The notes beneath the pieces were generated by a model. That model was not told the DNA's origin, did not search any database, and saw only the letters and a list, made by a program, of their open reading frames with translations. Shown here one piece after another: positions 1-8,820 of a stretch of 41,512 nt of DNA (its first letter is position 1; each line of letters starts with the position of its first letter). Origin of the DNA: Candidatus Latescibacterota bacterium (GTDB lineage Bacteria > Latescibacterota > UBA2968 > UBA8231); assembly GCA_965205655.1 (NCBI GenBank), contig CBDBIJ010000109.1:1-41512 (forward strand), written 5' to 3'. The position numbers and the translations under genes are program-made.

Positions 1-342
1 TTCGCCAAACGGTTTCGCCGCGAGTGTCCAGACGCCGTCGATATCCTTGAGCGCGATTGGGACCGTATGGTGACATTCTACGACTTTCCCGAGGCCCACT
101 GGCAACACCTGCGCACCACCAACGTCGTCGAAAGTCCCTTCGCTTCGGTACGGTTGCGAACCAATGCGGCCAAACGATACAGGAAGGTGGCCAATGCCAC
201 CGCCCTCATTTGGCGGGTACTGATGGTGGCCGAGAAACGATTCCGGCGACTCAATGCACCGCATCTCATGGCTGACGTCTACGCCGGGGAGTGCTACGAA
301 AACGGATCACCCATCGCGCAAAGGAAGAAGATCGCCGCCTGA
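1..342 (+). CDS. IS256-family transposase, C-terminal fragment
   Basis: Motif FYDFPEAHWQHLRTTNVVESPFASVRLRT (RTTNxxE carries the catalytic Glu of IS256/Mutator transposases). The frame is open from base 1. Confidence 0.9.
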   Translation, partial: FAKRFRRECPDAVDILERDWDRMVTFYDFPEAHWQHLRTTNVVESPFASVRLRTNAAKRYRKVANATALIWRVLMVAEKRFRRLNAPHLMADVYAGECYENGSPIAQRKKIAA

Positions 343-372
343 GTCGTTTACACACCATTTGACCCCTAGCTC
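1..372 (+). mobile_element. 3' part of IS256-family insertion sequence (left end outside window)
   Basis: Transposase C-terminus followed by TTTACACACCATTTGACCCCTAGCTC (346-372), which resembles IS256 right ends. It abuts and truncates the FliL-like gene. The exact end is inferred. Confidence 0.8.
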
Positions 373-636
373 CTCGTCTTCGGTCTTGCTGCTCAGCAGG
401 CTGATGAGATTGTGCTTCAGCTCGATTCGCTTGCGCCGGATCTCCGCCTCCCCGGCGTCTGGAGGACAGACCTTGAACGCCGCCTCGAGACCGAAATGCC
501 GGTCCAGGGCGCCTGCCGGATTGACACGAACCGGTCCGACCTCGGTGAAGGTGGGACAATCTGCCTTGTTGTAATCGGGGGTACTGGCGCATCCAGCCAC
601 AGCTGCCCAGGAGGCAGCCAGGAGAGCGCGCCTCAT
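373..636 (-). pseudogene. FliL-like lipoprotein, 3'-truncated by IS256
   Basis: Lipobox AVAG-C. VRVNPAG..RHFGLEAAF..AEIRRKRIELKHNLISLLSSKTEDE matches the FliL pattern VNL..RYL..IRD.II.LLSSKT.EEL. The remaining ORF residues (to 307) read into the IS. Confidence 0.6.
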
Positions 637-1070
637 GACACGGCGGAGGGATCTCTCAGTCGGGGCGCGTCTTCTATCCTGGATTCGTCCGCGGATGTCG
701 ACCCGTCCAATCTGATGGTCTGATCACGCAGGCGCCGCTCCAGCGGTGGGGGCTCCTCCACTGGCGCCGAAGACATATTCGCCCGTTCCTCCACGAGCTT
801 CGTGAGCCGATCGACGCTCGCGTGGGCTTTCTCGGCGAATTCGGTGCGATCCTTCATGATTCCGAACAGTTCGGCGCTCACTTCCATGGCGGCAAGTATG
901 GCCACTTGGGCCTTGGGCAGCTTGCCGTCGTGGGTCTCGGCGATTTCGCGCATCTTGACGTCTACGTAATCGGCCACCTGCTGAACTTCCCCGGGGTCGC
1001 CACCGATACGGTACTCCTCACCGAAGATTTCAACGATGACCCCTTCGATTTCTTTGCCGCGATTCGCCAT
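633..1070 (-). CDS. zapA: cell division protein ZapA with disordered C-terminal extension
   Basis: VEIFGEEYRI..VADYVDVKMREI..VAILAAMEVSAELF plus a coiled coil. Start taken at ATG 1070. Confidence 0.85.
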   Translation of the reverse strand: MANRGKEIEGVIVEIFGEEYRIGGDPGEVQQVADYVDVKMREIAETHDGKLPKAQVAILAAMEVSAELFGIMKDRTEFAEKAHASVDRLTKLVEERANMSSAPVEEPPPLERRLRDQTIRLDGSTSADESRIEDAPRLRDPSAVS

Positions 1071-1157
1071 TTGACTATCCGTGCGAAAGTATAGACGTGG
1101 CTGTGACTTACAATGAAATGTATAGTCCTGCGCCGCATTCGGCAAGCTAGGCTGCGC

Positions 1158-1580
1158 TCACCTCCTTCCCCGCCTCTTCCTGACGCTGCTTTTGAGCGAT
1201 GGCATCCATTTTTCGCCGCATTTCAGGCAGAGTCGCTGGCGATTTCGCTGCACGGAGCGATACACCCTGCCCACCGCCGGCGTCACACCGGGCAGCCGGT
1301 ATACCCAAGTCAATCGCCTCACACCCGGTAGCAGTTTGGTGATCCGGCGGATCGCCTCCACCCCGTGCCACGGTTTCCGCAGTCGGTCGCAAACCGTCAG
1401 ATTCTGGCGGGCGGCGTCCAGGTCGAGATACTTGAACCGTTCCTCTATCCCCGGCGACGCGAGATCCACTACTTCTATGGCGCCCTCGCCGTCCAGGCGC
1501 TCGATGAACTGCACGAATTTTCTGCACAGGGGGCACTTGCGATCGTAAAACAGGACGAGCTCCGGTCCGGAGGTGGTCAT
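1158..1580 (-). CDS. DCC-family (DUF393) thiol-disulfide oxidoreductase
   Basis: N-terminal LFYDRKCPLC (DxxCxxC) motif, ~140 aa, C-terminal YRSVQRNR. Confidence 0.85.
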   Translation of the reverse strand: MTTSGPELVLFYDRKCPLCRKFVQFIERLDGEGAIEVVDLASPGIEERFKYLDLDAARQNLTVCDRLRKPWHGVEAIRRITKLLPGVRRLTWVYRLPGVTPAVGRVYRSVQRNRQRLCLKCGEKWMPSLKSSVRKRRGRR

Positions 1581-1655
1581 GATTCTTAACTAACGACAAG
1601 GACTGCCGGCCGCCAGTCCTTGTCCGCTGATCTTCAGTGGGAGATATTCTCGGCC

Positions 1656-2636
1656 GTGAAAGCCATCGTCGTCGACTCCGAGACGAGCACTGCCGATCTG
1701 AATTGGGAATCAGTACCCGACCCCGAATTCGGCCCGGAGGAGGTGCTCGTCGACATCCACGCCACGGCGGTCAACCGCGCCGACCTGCTGCAGCGCGCGG
1801 GACTCTATCCGCCTCCCCCGGGGGCACCGCCATATCTCGGTCTCGAAATGGCAGGCGTTGTGACAGCAGCAGGCGAGGCGGCCGGCCCCTGGCGGCCCGG
1901 AGACCGGGTCTGCGCCCTGCTGTCCGGCGGCGGCTACGCCGAGCAGGTCGCCGTGCATCGCGCCCTTGTCATGCCCGTGTCTCACAAGTGGGATTTCGAG
2001 CGGGCCGCCGCGATCCCCGAGGTGTTCTACACCGCCTTCGTCAATCTCTTCATGGAAGCGGGCCTGTCGAAGGATGAGACCGTGCTCATTCACGGCGGCG
2101 CCAGCGGCGTCGGCACCGCCGCCATCCAGATGGCCCGCGAGGCTGGATGCCGGGTCCTGGCGACAGCCGGTACTGCAGAGAAGCTGGCTGTATGTCGTGA
2201 GCTCGGTGCCGAGCTCGCCGTCGATTACAAGGAGGGCGACTTCTCGCAGGTCATTCTCGACCATTGTGGCGGCGCCGACGTCGTCCTAGACATCGCCGGC
2301 GGCAGTCATCTGGAACGGAATCTGAATCTCCTCAATTCGCAGGGCCGCCTCGTCGTCATCTCCGTGCTCGGCGGATCGACGGCGTCGATCGATCTGGGGC
2401 TGATGCTTCGCCGGCGCCTCCGCCTCATCGGCTCGGTACTCCGCAGCCGCACCGTGGAGGAGAAGGCGCACATCACCCGCGAATTCCAGAAGCGCTTCTG
2501 GAAACCTCTCATGACTGATCGCATTCGTCCGATCATTCACGCAGTACTCCCGGTTACCCGGGCACAGGATGCCCACGACATACTCGAGCGCAACCAAAAC
2601 ATCGGTAAGGTCGTGCTCACGGTTAGAGGCTCGTGA
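1656..2636 (+). CDS. NAD(P)H-quinone oxidoreductase (PIG3-like MDR family)
   Basis: VNRADLLQRAGLYPPPPG, LGLEMAG, GGGYAE, LIHGGASGVGTAAIQ, NIGKVVL. Probable GTG start at 1656. Confidence 0.92.
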   Translation: MKAIVVDSETSTADLNWESVPDPEFGPEEVLVDIHATAVNRADLLQRAGLYPPPPGAPPYLGLEMAGVVTAAGEAAGPWRPGDRVCALLSGGGYAEQVAVHRALVMPVSHKWDFERAAAIPEVFYTAFVNLFMEAGLSKDETVLIHGGASGVGTAAIQMAREAGCRVLATAGTAEKLAVCRELGAELAVDYKEGDFSQVILDHCGGADVVLDIAGGSHLERNLNLLNSQGRLVVISVLGGSTASIDLGLMLRRRLRLIGSVLRSRTVEEKAHITREFQKRFWKPLMTDRIRPIIHAVLPVTRAQDAHDILERNQNIGKVVLTVRGS

Positions 2637-3697
2637 CCGTACCGACTCGATACAAGCAGGTTGAAGTCAGCGGCGCGCCGTTCGAAATGGGTGAGCAGAT
2701 CGGCGAGGCACTGCGCGAGGAGATTCGCGGCTTCAGCGCCATCGCCATCGAGCGCCTCAACCTGACCGTGGCAGTGTCGCGCGCGGCCGCCCTCGACATC
2801 GCCGCTCGCTGTATCGAGTTCGTGGAAGATTACAGCCCGCCGATGCTCGAAGAGCTGCTAGGAATGTCGCGCAGCTCGGGCGTGTCGCTCGCTGAGCTCA
2901 TGATGCTGCAGGTGCGCAACCAGCTGCGCGCCGATGCCGACGCCGCGTGCACCTCTTTCTCGATCGCGCCGTCGGCCGGCGCCGACCGGAGAGCTCTCGT
3001 CGGACAGAACTGGGACAACGACCCTGCCCTGGACCCGTTCACGGTCGTGCTGACCCGTCGCCCGGAGGGCGAGCCGACGCACATGACCATCACGCAGACC
3101 GGCCTCATTTCCTATATAGGTGTCAGCGATGCGGGCATCGGCGTCTGCCTGAATACCCTGCCAGCGCCGAGTCGGTCGCTCGGGGTGCCTCACTACTTCA
3201 CGGTGAGGGGGATCTACCAGGCCGACTGCCTTGAGGAGGCCGTCCGCGCCGTGAGACGCGCCCATCGGGCCATTCCGGCCAACATCATTCTCGCTACACC
3301 GCAGGGTCCGGCGGATCTGGAGGTCACCCTCGACGATGTTCACGTGCTCGTCGATAGCGGCGATGGCATCGTTACGCACACGAATCACTGCGTCCATCCC
3401 GACCTGCTGTCCATCAACGACGAGTTTCCCGAGCTGGCCCAGTCCGGCTCTCGCAAGATACGCGTCGACACCCTGTTTCAGGAGGGTGACAAACCTCTGG
3501 CGCTCGAACGCTTGATGGATGTGCTGAGGGATCACGACAACTATCCCGGATCGATCTGCCGCCACTCCAGCGACGACCCGGTGAGCGGTTACTGGACGTC
3601 CGTGTTCTCCGTCATCATCGATACAGGCGCTTGCCTCATGCACATCAGTCGCGGCAATCCCTGCGAGCAACCATACGAGCAGTACAAACTGAACTGA
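2633..3697 (+). CDS. C45-family (acyl-CoA:6-APA acyltransferase-like) Ntn hydrolase
   Basis: Autocleavage Cys in AC-TSF, GQNWD, HTNH, ICRH. GTGA overlap with the upstream gene. Confidence 0.85.
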   Translation: MTVPTRYKQVEVSGAPFEMGEQIGEALREEIRGFSAIAIERLNLTVAVSRAAALDIAARCIEFVEDYSPPMLEELLGMSRSSGVSLAELMMLQVRNQLRADADAACTSFSIAPSAGADRRALVGQNWDNDPALDPFTVVLTRRPEGEPTHMTITQTGLISYIGVSDAGIGVCLNTLPAPSRSLGVPHYFTVRGIYQADCLEEAVRAVRRAHRAIPANIILATPQGPADLEVTLDDVHVLVDSGDGIVTHTNHCVHPDLLSINDEFPELAQSGSRKIRVDTLFQEGDKPLALERLMDVLRDHDNYPGSICRHSSDDPVSGYWTSVFSVIIDTGACLMHISRGNPCEQPYEQYKLN

Positions 3698-3715
3698 TCG
3701 TCGGAAAAGGACCTC

Positions 3716-5164
3716 ATGGCAATCATTCATGGCACCATCGTCGATTCCTCGACAAATCAGAAGATCGACGCCAAAGTCCACGTCGTCGACTGCGCCGGGG
3801 GCTTCAGGCGACCCGAAGATGCGGTGCTCAAGATCGGATCGGGCACCCCGTTCTTCTTCTGCGACGGCGAGTTCGAGGTCCGCGTCGAGCGGGGACGGAC
3901 GGATATCCTCGTCGAACGCGGCACCGAGTACGAGCCCGCCCGCGTCGTCGTCGAGGCCTCGGCATCTGGCGCCATGGACGTGGAGATCCCCATCAATCGC
4001 TGGTACTACCCGCAGGAGGACAACTGGTATCCGGGCAATACCCACATTCACTACGACGAAAAGGAGACGCGGCCGGACGACCGGCTCGGAATCGACTGCA
4101 GCGTCGAGGGCTACAACGTCACCGTCGTCAGTGTCCTCGACCGGCGGCAGCTCCCGTACGCCAGTAACAAGTACCCCCTCGGGGTCATGAACGAGTTTAC
4201 GACCGCTCACCACGTGCTCGACATCGGTGAAGAGAACCGCCACTACGGCGAGAAATCTCCGTGGGGGTTCGGCTATGGCCACGTCATGTTTCTCAACATC
4301 CGCAACCTCGTGCAGCCAGTGAGCCGCGGGCATATCCTGACGGCGCAGTTCGATCCCGACTACCCGCCTCTCTGTGTCTGTTGCGACGACGCCCGCGATC
4401 AGGGAGGCATCGTGATCTGGTGCCACAATGGGCGCGGCATGGAGGCGCCCGTCGCAGCCGCCCTCAGCAAACTGGACGCTTTCAACATGTTCGATCCGTT
4501 CTGGATGGATCCGGAGTACGATTTATGGTACAAGTTGCTCAACTGCGGCATCCCGCTGCCGGCCTCCACGGGCACGGACTGGTTCGTCTGCTCCAACAAC
4601 CGCGTCTACGTCAACACGGACGAGGAGTTTTCCTACGCCAGCTGGATCGAGGGCATGAAGGCGGGCCGCACCTTCATCACCAACGGCCCGGCCGTCGATC
4701 TGAGAGTGAACGATCAGAGACTGGGAGACACGGTCGAGCTTGGAGGAAGCGGAAAGCTGGAAGCCGAAGTCAGCTTCCGGTCACACTACCCGATCGACGC
4801 CGCCGAAATCATCCTCAACGGGGCCGTCGTTCACCGCTGGGAATGGCAGGAGCCTCTCAGGGAGGGCGTTTTCAGTTGGGGCACGTCGATAGATCGCGAC
4901 GGCTGGGTCGCCGCCAGACTGCGGGGCAACTGCCGCGACAGCTTCCACCACTCCATCTACGCTCACTCCAGTCCCATCTACCTGAAGTGCGGCCCCGAAC
5001 CGGCGGAGCGAGCGGCTGACGTCCGCTACTTTCTCGATTCTATCGACGAGTCGCTGAAGTGGATCGATACAGTCGGACGCTACAACGACGACCGGCAACG
5101 GGAAGACGTGCGCGACCTGTTTCGGCGCGGACGCGAGGTATTTGCCGGGATGGGCGCCCGTTGA
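3716..5164 (+). CDS. CehA/McbA-family metallohydrolase (PHP-like fold)
   Basis: GNTHIH, GEENRH..GYGH, WCHNG, STGTDW, AGRTFITNGP, AHSSPIY. Confidence 0.8.
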   Translation: MAIIHGTIVDSSTNQKIDAKVHVVDCAGGFRRPEDAVLKIGSGTPFFFCDGEFEVRVERGRTDILVERGTEYEPARVVVEASASGAMDVEIPINRWYYPQEDNWYPGNTHIHYDEKETRPDDRLGIDCSVEGYNVTVVSVLDRRQLPYASNKYPLGVMNEFTTAHHVLDIGEENRHYGEKSPWGFGYGHVMFLNIRNLVQPVSRGHILTAQFDPDYPPLCVCCDDARDQGGIVIWCHNGRGMEAPVAAALSKLDAFNMFDPFWMDPEYDLWYKLLNCGIPLPASTGTDWFVCSNNRVYVNTDEEFSYASWIEGMKAGRTFITNGPAVDLRVNDQRLGDTVELGGSGKLEAEVSFRSHYPIDAAEIILNGAVVHRWEWQEPLREGVFSWGTSIDRDGWVAARLRGNCRDSFHHSIYAHSSPIYLKCGPEPAERAADVRYFLDSIDESLKWIDTVGRYNDDRQREDVRDLFRRGREVFAGMGAR

Positions 5165-5333
5165 AGAAGTCGCTTTGAAGGCGAGGCTGAGGCATTGCGG
5201 CCGAGATCAAGGCGCGCGGAGCGGAGACGCATTGAGGGGAGATGCGACGAGCGAGCGCAACGCAGAGATCGGCCGCAAGGGCCAGCCGCAGCCCAAATGG
5301 GCGGAGCACAGGATGTGCTCGTCAACGGGCTCC
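5153..5333. mobile_element. MITE/REPIN-like structured repeat between convergent genes
   Basis: Terminal inverted repeats GGCGCCCGTTGA / TCAACGGGCTCC (11 of 12 match). Internal 10-bp stem 5195-5204/5269-5278 and hairpin GAGCACA-GGA-TGTGCTC (5304-5320). No coding capacity. Confidence 0.6.
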
Positions 5334-6281
5334 TTAGTGTGAGAGAAAGCGCTCCGCTTCGATCGCCGCCATGCAGCCGGTGCCGGCCGCTGTCACCGCC
5401 TGTCGGTAGACGTGATCCTGCGCGTCTCCGCAGGCGAACACGCCCGGGATATTCGTCGCCGCGGCGTCCGGCTTCGTTTTGATATAGCCGTTCTCGTCCA
5501 TGTCGAGCACGCCCTCGAAAAGCTGCGTGTTCGGCACGTGACCGATGGCCATGAACACGCCCTCGCAGGGCTCGTCCCATGTCTGATCGTCGCGATCGCC
5601 AACCGTGCTCTTCAACCTCACGCCGCTCACATTCAGCTCGCCGTTCGGCGACAGAATCTCCTCCACAAGGGCGCCGGTGATGAACTCGATCTTGTCATTC
5701 TCCTGAGCCCGCGCCAGCATGATCTTCGAGGCTCGAAACTCCTCGCGCCGGTGCACGATCTTCACTTTCGTGGCGAATTTCGTCAGGAAAGTGGCCTCCT
5801 CCATGGCGGAGTCGCCACCCCCCACTACGACGAGCTCCTTGTCGCGAAAGAAGAAACCGTCGCAGGTGGCGCACGCCGACACCCCATGCCCCATGAGGCG
5901 GGGTCTCCGACTCGATCTCCAGCAAACGCGCTGACGCTCCGGTGGCGATGATGACGGCGTCGGCCGTGTACGGCTTCCTGTCGACGTCGACCTTGAAGGG
6001 CTGCTGCGAAAAATCCACCGCCGTCGCCGTCCTGTAGACGCACTCGGGCGCCGAACCGCTTCGCCTGTTCGCGGAATTTGTCCATCATCTCCGGACCCAT
6101 GATCCCCTCGGGAAAGCCCGGATAGTTCTCCACGTCAGTCGTGATCGTCAGCTGTCCGCCCGGCTGAATCCCCTCCAGGACGAGAGGAGCCAGGTCCGCC
6201 CCGCGCCGTGTAGAGAGCGGCGGTAAATCCCGCCGGCCCCGAGCCTATGATGATGACTTTGTAATGATTTGTCTCTGACAT
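5334..6281 (-). CDS. trxB: thioredoxin-disulfide reductase (three +1 frameshifts, probably sequencing errors)
   Basis: Manual join: [87 protein letters not shown]. Extra bases in runs at ~6200, ~6047 and ~5901. Confidence 0.93.
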
Positions 6282-6333
6282 TCAGAATACCCTCGTATGT
6301 GACGTCTGTGATAACATCTACGTCGCCTGTCGA

Positions 6334-7291
6334 TCACACAACACGGTGCGGCACCTCTCGTCCTTTCCAGACCGGCCATGAGATTCTCTACCGACAGCTC
6401 CGCCATTGCGTCGCGGGTCTGCTCCGAGGCGCTGCCCAGGTGCGGCATGATGATGACGTTGTCGAGCTCGTGCAGCGGATGGTCGCGGGCCATGGGCTCG
6501 GGCTCGGTCACATCGAGAGCTGCCGCGTGGATGCTGCCGGAGCGCATCGTCTCCAGCAGCGCCTCGTGATCGAGCGTCGCGCCGCGACCGATATTCACCA
6601 GGGTTGCCGTCGGTTTCATCAGCCCCAGCTGCTCGGCGCCTATCATCTCCCGCGTCTCATCGGTGAGCGGCATGTTCAGGGTCACAAAATCCGCCGTGGA
6701 AAACAGCTCGTTCAACGAAACGTACCTGGCCCCTAGATCCTGCTCTGCCTTTTGATTGCGGGTACGATTGTGGTAGATCACCTCCATGTCGAAGCCAAGG
6801 CGCGCCCGCTTCGCCACTTCATAGCCGATGCGGCCGAGGCCGACGACGCCCAGCGTCCGGCCGAACACCTCCTGCCCCACCAGCACTTTGCAGTCGAAAA
6901 ATTTGTAGTCCGGTCCCCTGGCGTAGCGATCGCCCTGAACCACGTTGCGAGCCGCCGCCATCAGCAGGGCCATCGTCATGTCCGCCGTGGCGCCGTCGAG
7001 AACCCCAGGGGTGTACCCCACCGGGATGCCGAGCTGTTTCGCCGCCGCCGTATCGATGTGGTTGGTGCCGACGGCGTAACAGCTCACCACCTTCAGGTTC
7101 GGCATCCGCTCCAGCACCGCACCCCCGATCGGGTCGTGACTGTAGGCGTAGATCCCCTCAATCGAATCGAGATCGACACCAGCCGGTGGTTCGTCCTGCA
7201 GCCACATGTGGACCTCGCAACTGTCAGCGATGAGCGGCAGAATACTCTTCCACGGCTCCACATCGGTGCGAAACAGTATTGGGTATGCCAT
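6334..7291 (-). CDS. D-isomer 2-hydroxyacid dehydrogenase (glyoxylate reductase/D-glycerate dehydrogenase-like)
   Basis: GVVGLGRIG, LVNIGRG, LDVTEPEP, PHLGSA. ATG at 7291 overlaps the upstream stop. A probable +1 error near 6370 moves the stop from 6334 (..GLKGREVPHRVV*) to 6245. Confidence 0.88.
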
Positions 7292-8346
7292 CAACTCATT
7301 GCCTTGGCCACCATCGCCTCGACATTGACCGTCTTCCCTCTTGCCGAGGCGTCGATGGCGGCGAACACTATGGCGTTGCTGCGGATGTTGTCGTCGATCG
7401 TCGTCTCCGGTTTCGCGCCGCCGGAGATCCACTTCAGATGGGCGTCGATGACGTGGTTGTGACCCTCGAACTCGCGTCTCACCGCCGGAACCTCTTCGAT
7501 CGTCGTTGCCTTCGTCTTCATGTCATGGCTGACAATGCGCACCACCTGATCGTTGTCGACGACCACGTCGCCCTTCTCACAAGAGGCCCGGTAGTACTCT
7601 TGATGCCAGTTGTTTTGGTGACCGGCGGCATTGCAATCACACTCGTAGTGAGCCACCACACCGTTCGCCATCTTCATGACGAAACTGGCGCTCGACTCCC
7701 CCTTGAAGCTGCTCCAGCGAGGGTCCCATTCGCACCCCGAGATCTCCACACAATGGGACCCCGCCAGATTGCGGAGCATGTCGAAGTGATGAATCCCCCC
7801 CTCCACCAGAAAAGCGTGGGGAATTTCATGACGAAAAGCGCTCCAGGCGGGGTAGCCTCGATAGTCGGCCTGAAACCTCCCCATGATGTAGTTCAGCCGA
7901 CCGAGACGACCGCTGCGTAGCACCTCCCGAAATGTGTACATGCTGGCGTTGTACCTGTAGTTCTGCGTCAGGGTGCATTTGACGCCTGCCCTCTTCACCG
8001 CGCGATAGCTGGCGACCACATCCTTCCAGCTGTCAGCGATCGGCTTTTCGCTGAGAATGTGCATCCCTCGCCGGCACGCGGCCTCGATGCAGGGCCGGTG
8101 CACCCATGGCGGCGTCACGATCGTACAGTAGTTGGCGTCCACCGCCGCGAAGGCCTTCTTGAAATCCGTGAACCTCGCCTCCGCTGAAAGTCCGAGGGAA
8201 TCGGCATGCTCGTGGAGCGCCCGCTCGTCTATGTCGACGAGGCCGACGATCTCGCTGCGGTCAGAGAAGTTGGGGAAGAACTGCCTGATCCAGCCCCCGC
8301 CCATGCCGCCGGCGCCGATCATCAGACAGCGTTTCTTGTTGGGCAT
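7291..8346 (-). CDS. Gfo/Idh/MocA-family oxidoreductase
   Basis: IGAGGMG Rossmann motif, HILSEKP, QNYRY, EGGIHHFD. Confidence 0.92.
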   Translation of the reverse strand: MPNKKRCLMIGAGGMGGGWIRQFFPNFSDRSEIVGLVDIDERALHEHADSLGLSAEARFTDFKKAFAAVDANYCTIVTPPWVHRPCIEAACRRGMHILSEKPIADSWKDVVASYRAVKRAGVKCTLTQNYRYNASMYTFREVLRSGRLGRLNYIMGRFQADYRGYPAWSAFRHEIPHAFLVEGGIHHFDMLRNLAGSHCVEISGCEWDPRWSSFKGESSASFVMKMANGVVAHYECDCNAAGHQNNWHQEYYRASCEKGDVVVDNDQVVRIVSHDMKTKATTIEEVPAVRREFEGHNHVIDAHLKWISGGAKPETTIDDNIRSNAIVFAAIDASARGKTVNVEAMVAKAMS

Positions 8347-8424
8347 TCACTCATCCCCATCTATGAATCGGAGGAGAGCAATATACATATCGGCACATGC
8401 TCAGCAAGATTCGACTACGGGCAC

Positions 8425-8459
8425 AAAAAAACTGCAGGTGACAACCGTCGCCTGCAGTT
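8425..8459 (-). terminator. intrinsic terminator
   Basis: 13-bp stem (one mismatch) AACTGCAGGCGAC-GGTT-GTCACCTGCAGTT running into a U7 tract on the minus strand. Confidence 0.75.
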
Positions 8460-8483
8460 ACCGATACGAACCGTCTGCCAATT

Positions 8484-8714
8484 CTACACGAGAACGTTTA
8501 CTGTCGTACGCCCTTCGGACCCTGCCTCTGTTGTTGCAGCTCGCACCTGTTGCACTCGCTGTCGAATCGCCTGAAGTCGGTCGGCAGCTGACTCGGCGCT
8601 CCCGGTTCCCAGCTCGATCCCTCCCTCCGCCGCCAAACCCCTGGGCCGCCGTCCTGGACGAGCCGGCTGCCCGCCTCTGTCACCCCACCTCTCTGACCTC
8701 CTTGGGTCGGTCAT
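8484..8714 (-). other. small ORF (76 aa) or sRNA within a promoter-to-terminator unit
   Basis: ORF MTDPRR..RTTVNVLV lies exactly between the promoter (8762-8790) and the terminator. It has no clear SD directly upstream, so coding status is uncertain. Confidence 0.35.
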
Positions 8715-8761
8715 TTGAAAGAGGAGGTGTTTGTGCGTATTATATAACTCCTTGTACTGTT

Positions 8762-8790
8762 ACGATATATGGCATTTAACGCAATGTCAA
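8762..8790 (-). promoter_or_regulatory. sigma70-type promoter
   Basis: TTGACA-17 bp-TATCGT on the minus strand, in an AT-rich patch. Confidence 0.65.
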
Positions 8791-8820
8791 GCCCCAACTA
8801 GCGAACCGACATAGCTCCCC

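Noticed and set aside
373..1157. 6S RNA next to zapA (common synteny)
   Set aside because: The downstream gene overlaps the zapA stop and the upstream gap is under 90 bp, so there is no room.
2858..4426. Long antisense ORFs (522 aa here; also 19644..20609, 35199..36749 and many shorter ones)
   Set aside because: Shadow frames of well-supported genes in high-GC DNA, with no recognisable motifs.
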